Origin: Gemmatimonadota bacterium
GTDB taxonomy: Bacteria > Gemmatimonadota > Gemmatimonadetes > Longimicrobiales > Gaopeijiaceae
DNA length: 64,000 bases
NCBI GenBank assembly: GCA_007121455.1
Contig: SKKN01000014.1
Location: forward strand, 20,653-84,652
Reading direction: 5' to 3'
A model generated the notes under the pieces. It was not told the DNA's origin and did no database searches. It saw only the letters and a list, made by a program, of their open reading frames with translations. The translations under genes were made by a program, and so were the position numbers. Within the stretch, counting starts at the first letter, position 1. Each line of letters begins with the position of its first letter. Shown here piece after piece: positions 63,466-64,000 of this stretch.

Positions 63466-64000
63466 ATGGATCTGGGACTTTCCGGAAAAGTGGCGCTGGT
63501 CACCGGCTCGAGTCGAGGCCTCGGGCGTGCCGTGGCGGAAGAGTTGGCTCGAGAGGGCGCATCCCTGATTCTTTGTGCGCGCGGGGAGGATGCCCTGCGA
63601 GAATCGGCCGCCGAGATCGAGAGCCAGGGAGCCTCCGTGCTCGCGGTTCCGGCAGACCTGACGGAACCCGGTGACGTGGAGGCGGTCATCCGGAGTGGAA
63701 CGGCCCGGTTCAGGCGGATCGACGTGCTCGTGACGAACACCGGCGGCCCTCCCAGCGGTCCGTTCGAAGCCCACTCCCGGGACGCGTGGAGTCTCGCGAT
63801 CAGGCAGAACCTCGAAAGTGTGCTGAATCTGGTCCGGGAGGTCCTTCCAGGCATGAAGGCCCGAGGCTGGGGGCGCATCGTCAATGTCACGTCCGTCGCC
63901 GTGAAGCAGCCGGTGGACAACCTGATCCTCTCCAACTCGGTTCGCGCCGCGGTCACCGGCTTCGCACGCACGCTGGCGAACGAAGTGGCGTCTCACGGAG
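63466..64000 (+). CDS. Short-chain dehydrogenase/reductase (FabG-like), 5' part; runs off the right edge
   Basis: Absent from the track because there is no stop in the window. From ATG 63466 it reads MDLGLSGKVALVTGSSRGLGRAVAEELAREGASLILCAR...VLVTNTGGPP...IVNVTSVAVK. AGAGGA lies upstream of the start. Confidence 0.8.
   Translation, partial: MDLGLSGKVALVTGSSRGLGRAVAEELAREGASLILCARGEDALRESAAEIESQGASVLAVPADLTEPGDVEAVIRSGTARFRRIDVLVTNTGGPPSGPFEAHSRDAWSLAIRQNLESVLNLVREVLPGMKARGWGRIVNVTSVAVKQPVDNLILSNSVRAAVTGFARTLANEVASHG

Noticed and set aside
1-64000. A scan for rRNA, tRNA, CRISPR arrays, IS elements, integrases, prophage genes, toxin-antitoxin pairs or known defence-system genes.
   Set aside because: I recognise none. 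No regularly spaced repeats are visible in the intergenic regions. No transposase, recombinase, phage or nuclease-helicase defence-type proteins appear among the credible ORFs. Composition is uniform, with no low-GC island. The window looks like ordinary core genome.

Overview
This is a high-GC bacterial chromosome segment. By eye it is about two-thirds G+C, with very GC-rich third codon positions. It is gene-dense: I call about 56 protein genes, most of them on the minus strand. I recognise no rRNA, tRNA, CRISPR array, transposase, integrase or phage gene. It reads as core genome of a diderm, since waaA, an MsbA-like exporter, rlpA and a beta-barrel outer-membrane protein are present. The phylum cannot be fixed without a database search.

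Content from left to right:
- a P-type ATPase running off the left edge
- two tandem PQQ-type sugar dehydrogenases
- an SRPBCC protein and an S9 peptidase
- an 11-gene Mrp/Mbh-type membrane cluster
- tkt, leuS and a COG4324-type aminopeptidase
- waaA, a DUF4015 glycoside-hydrolase-like lipoprotein and an ABC exporter
- a complete his operon (hisG-D-C-H-A-B-F-IE)
- an M28 peptidase, rlpA, uvrA and gyrA
- a threonine dehydratase, an S58 peptidase, a HAD hydrolase and a DsbA-like protein
- an operon of fadJ-like, mocA-like, two xdhC-like and DUF402 genes
- a lipoprotein, two M16-like proteins and an M23 peptidase
- metG, a PSP1 protein and accA
- LOG, MFS and SDR genes
- a CBM9/DUF5916-like outer-membrane protein
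- an SDR gene running off the right edge

Because GC3 is so high, nearly every real gene is shadowed by long stop-free antisense or off-frame ORFs in the track, up to 979 aa opposite gyrA. I treated these as artefacts. Several track ORFs are N-terminally over-extended and were trimmed to starts that sit in 4-nt stop/start overlaps. The two edge genes and one ~81-aa gene are not separate entries in the track.

I do not see a convincing novel defence, toxin or mobile system. The signals most worth a second look are:
1. a promoter, His-codon leader ORF and terminator immediately upstream of hisG
2. the Mbh-ordered Mrp cluster with three antiporter-like subunits, an orphan small subunit and no MrpA
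3. a pair of exported M16-like proteins that both lack the zinc motif
4. molybdenum-cofactor maturation genes embedded in a fatty-acid oxidation operon with no molybdoenzyme nearby

All functional calls come from motif recognition by eye. No searches were run.
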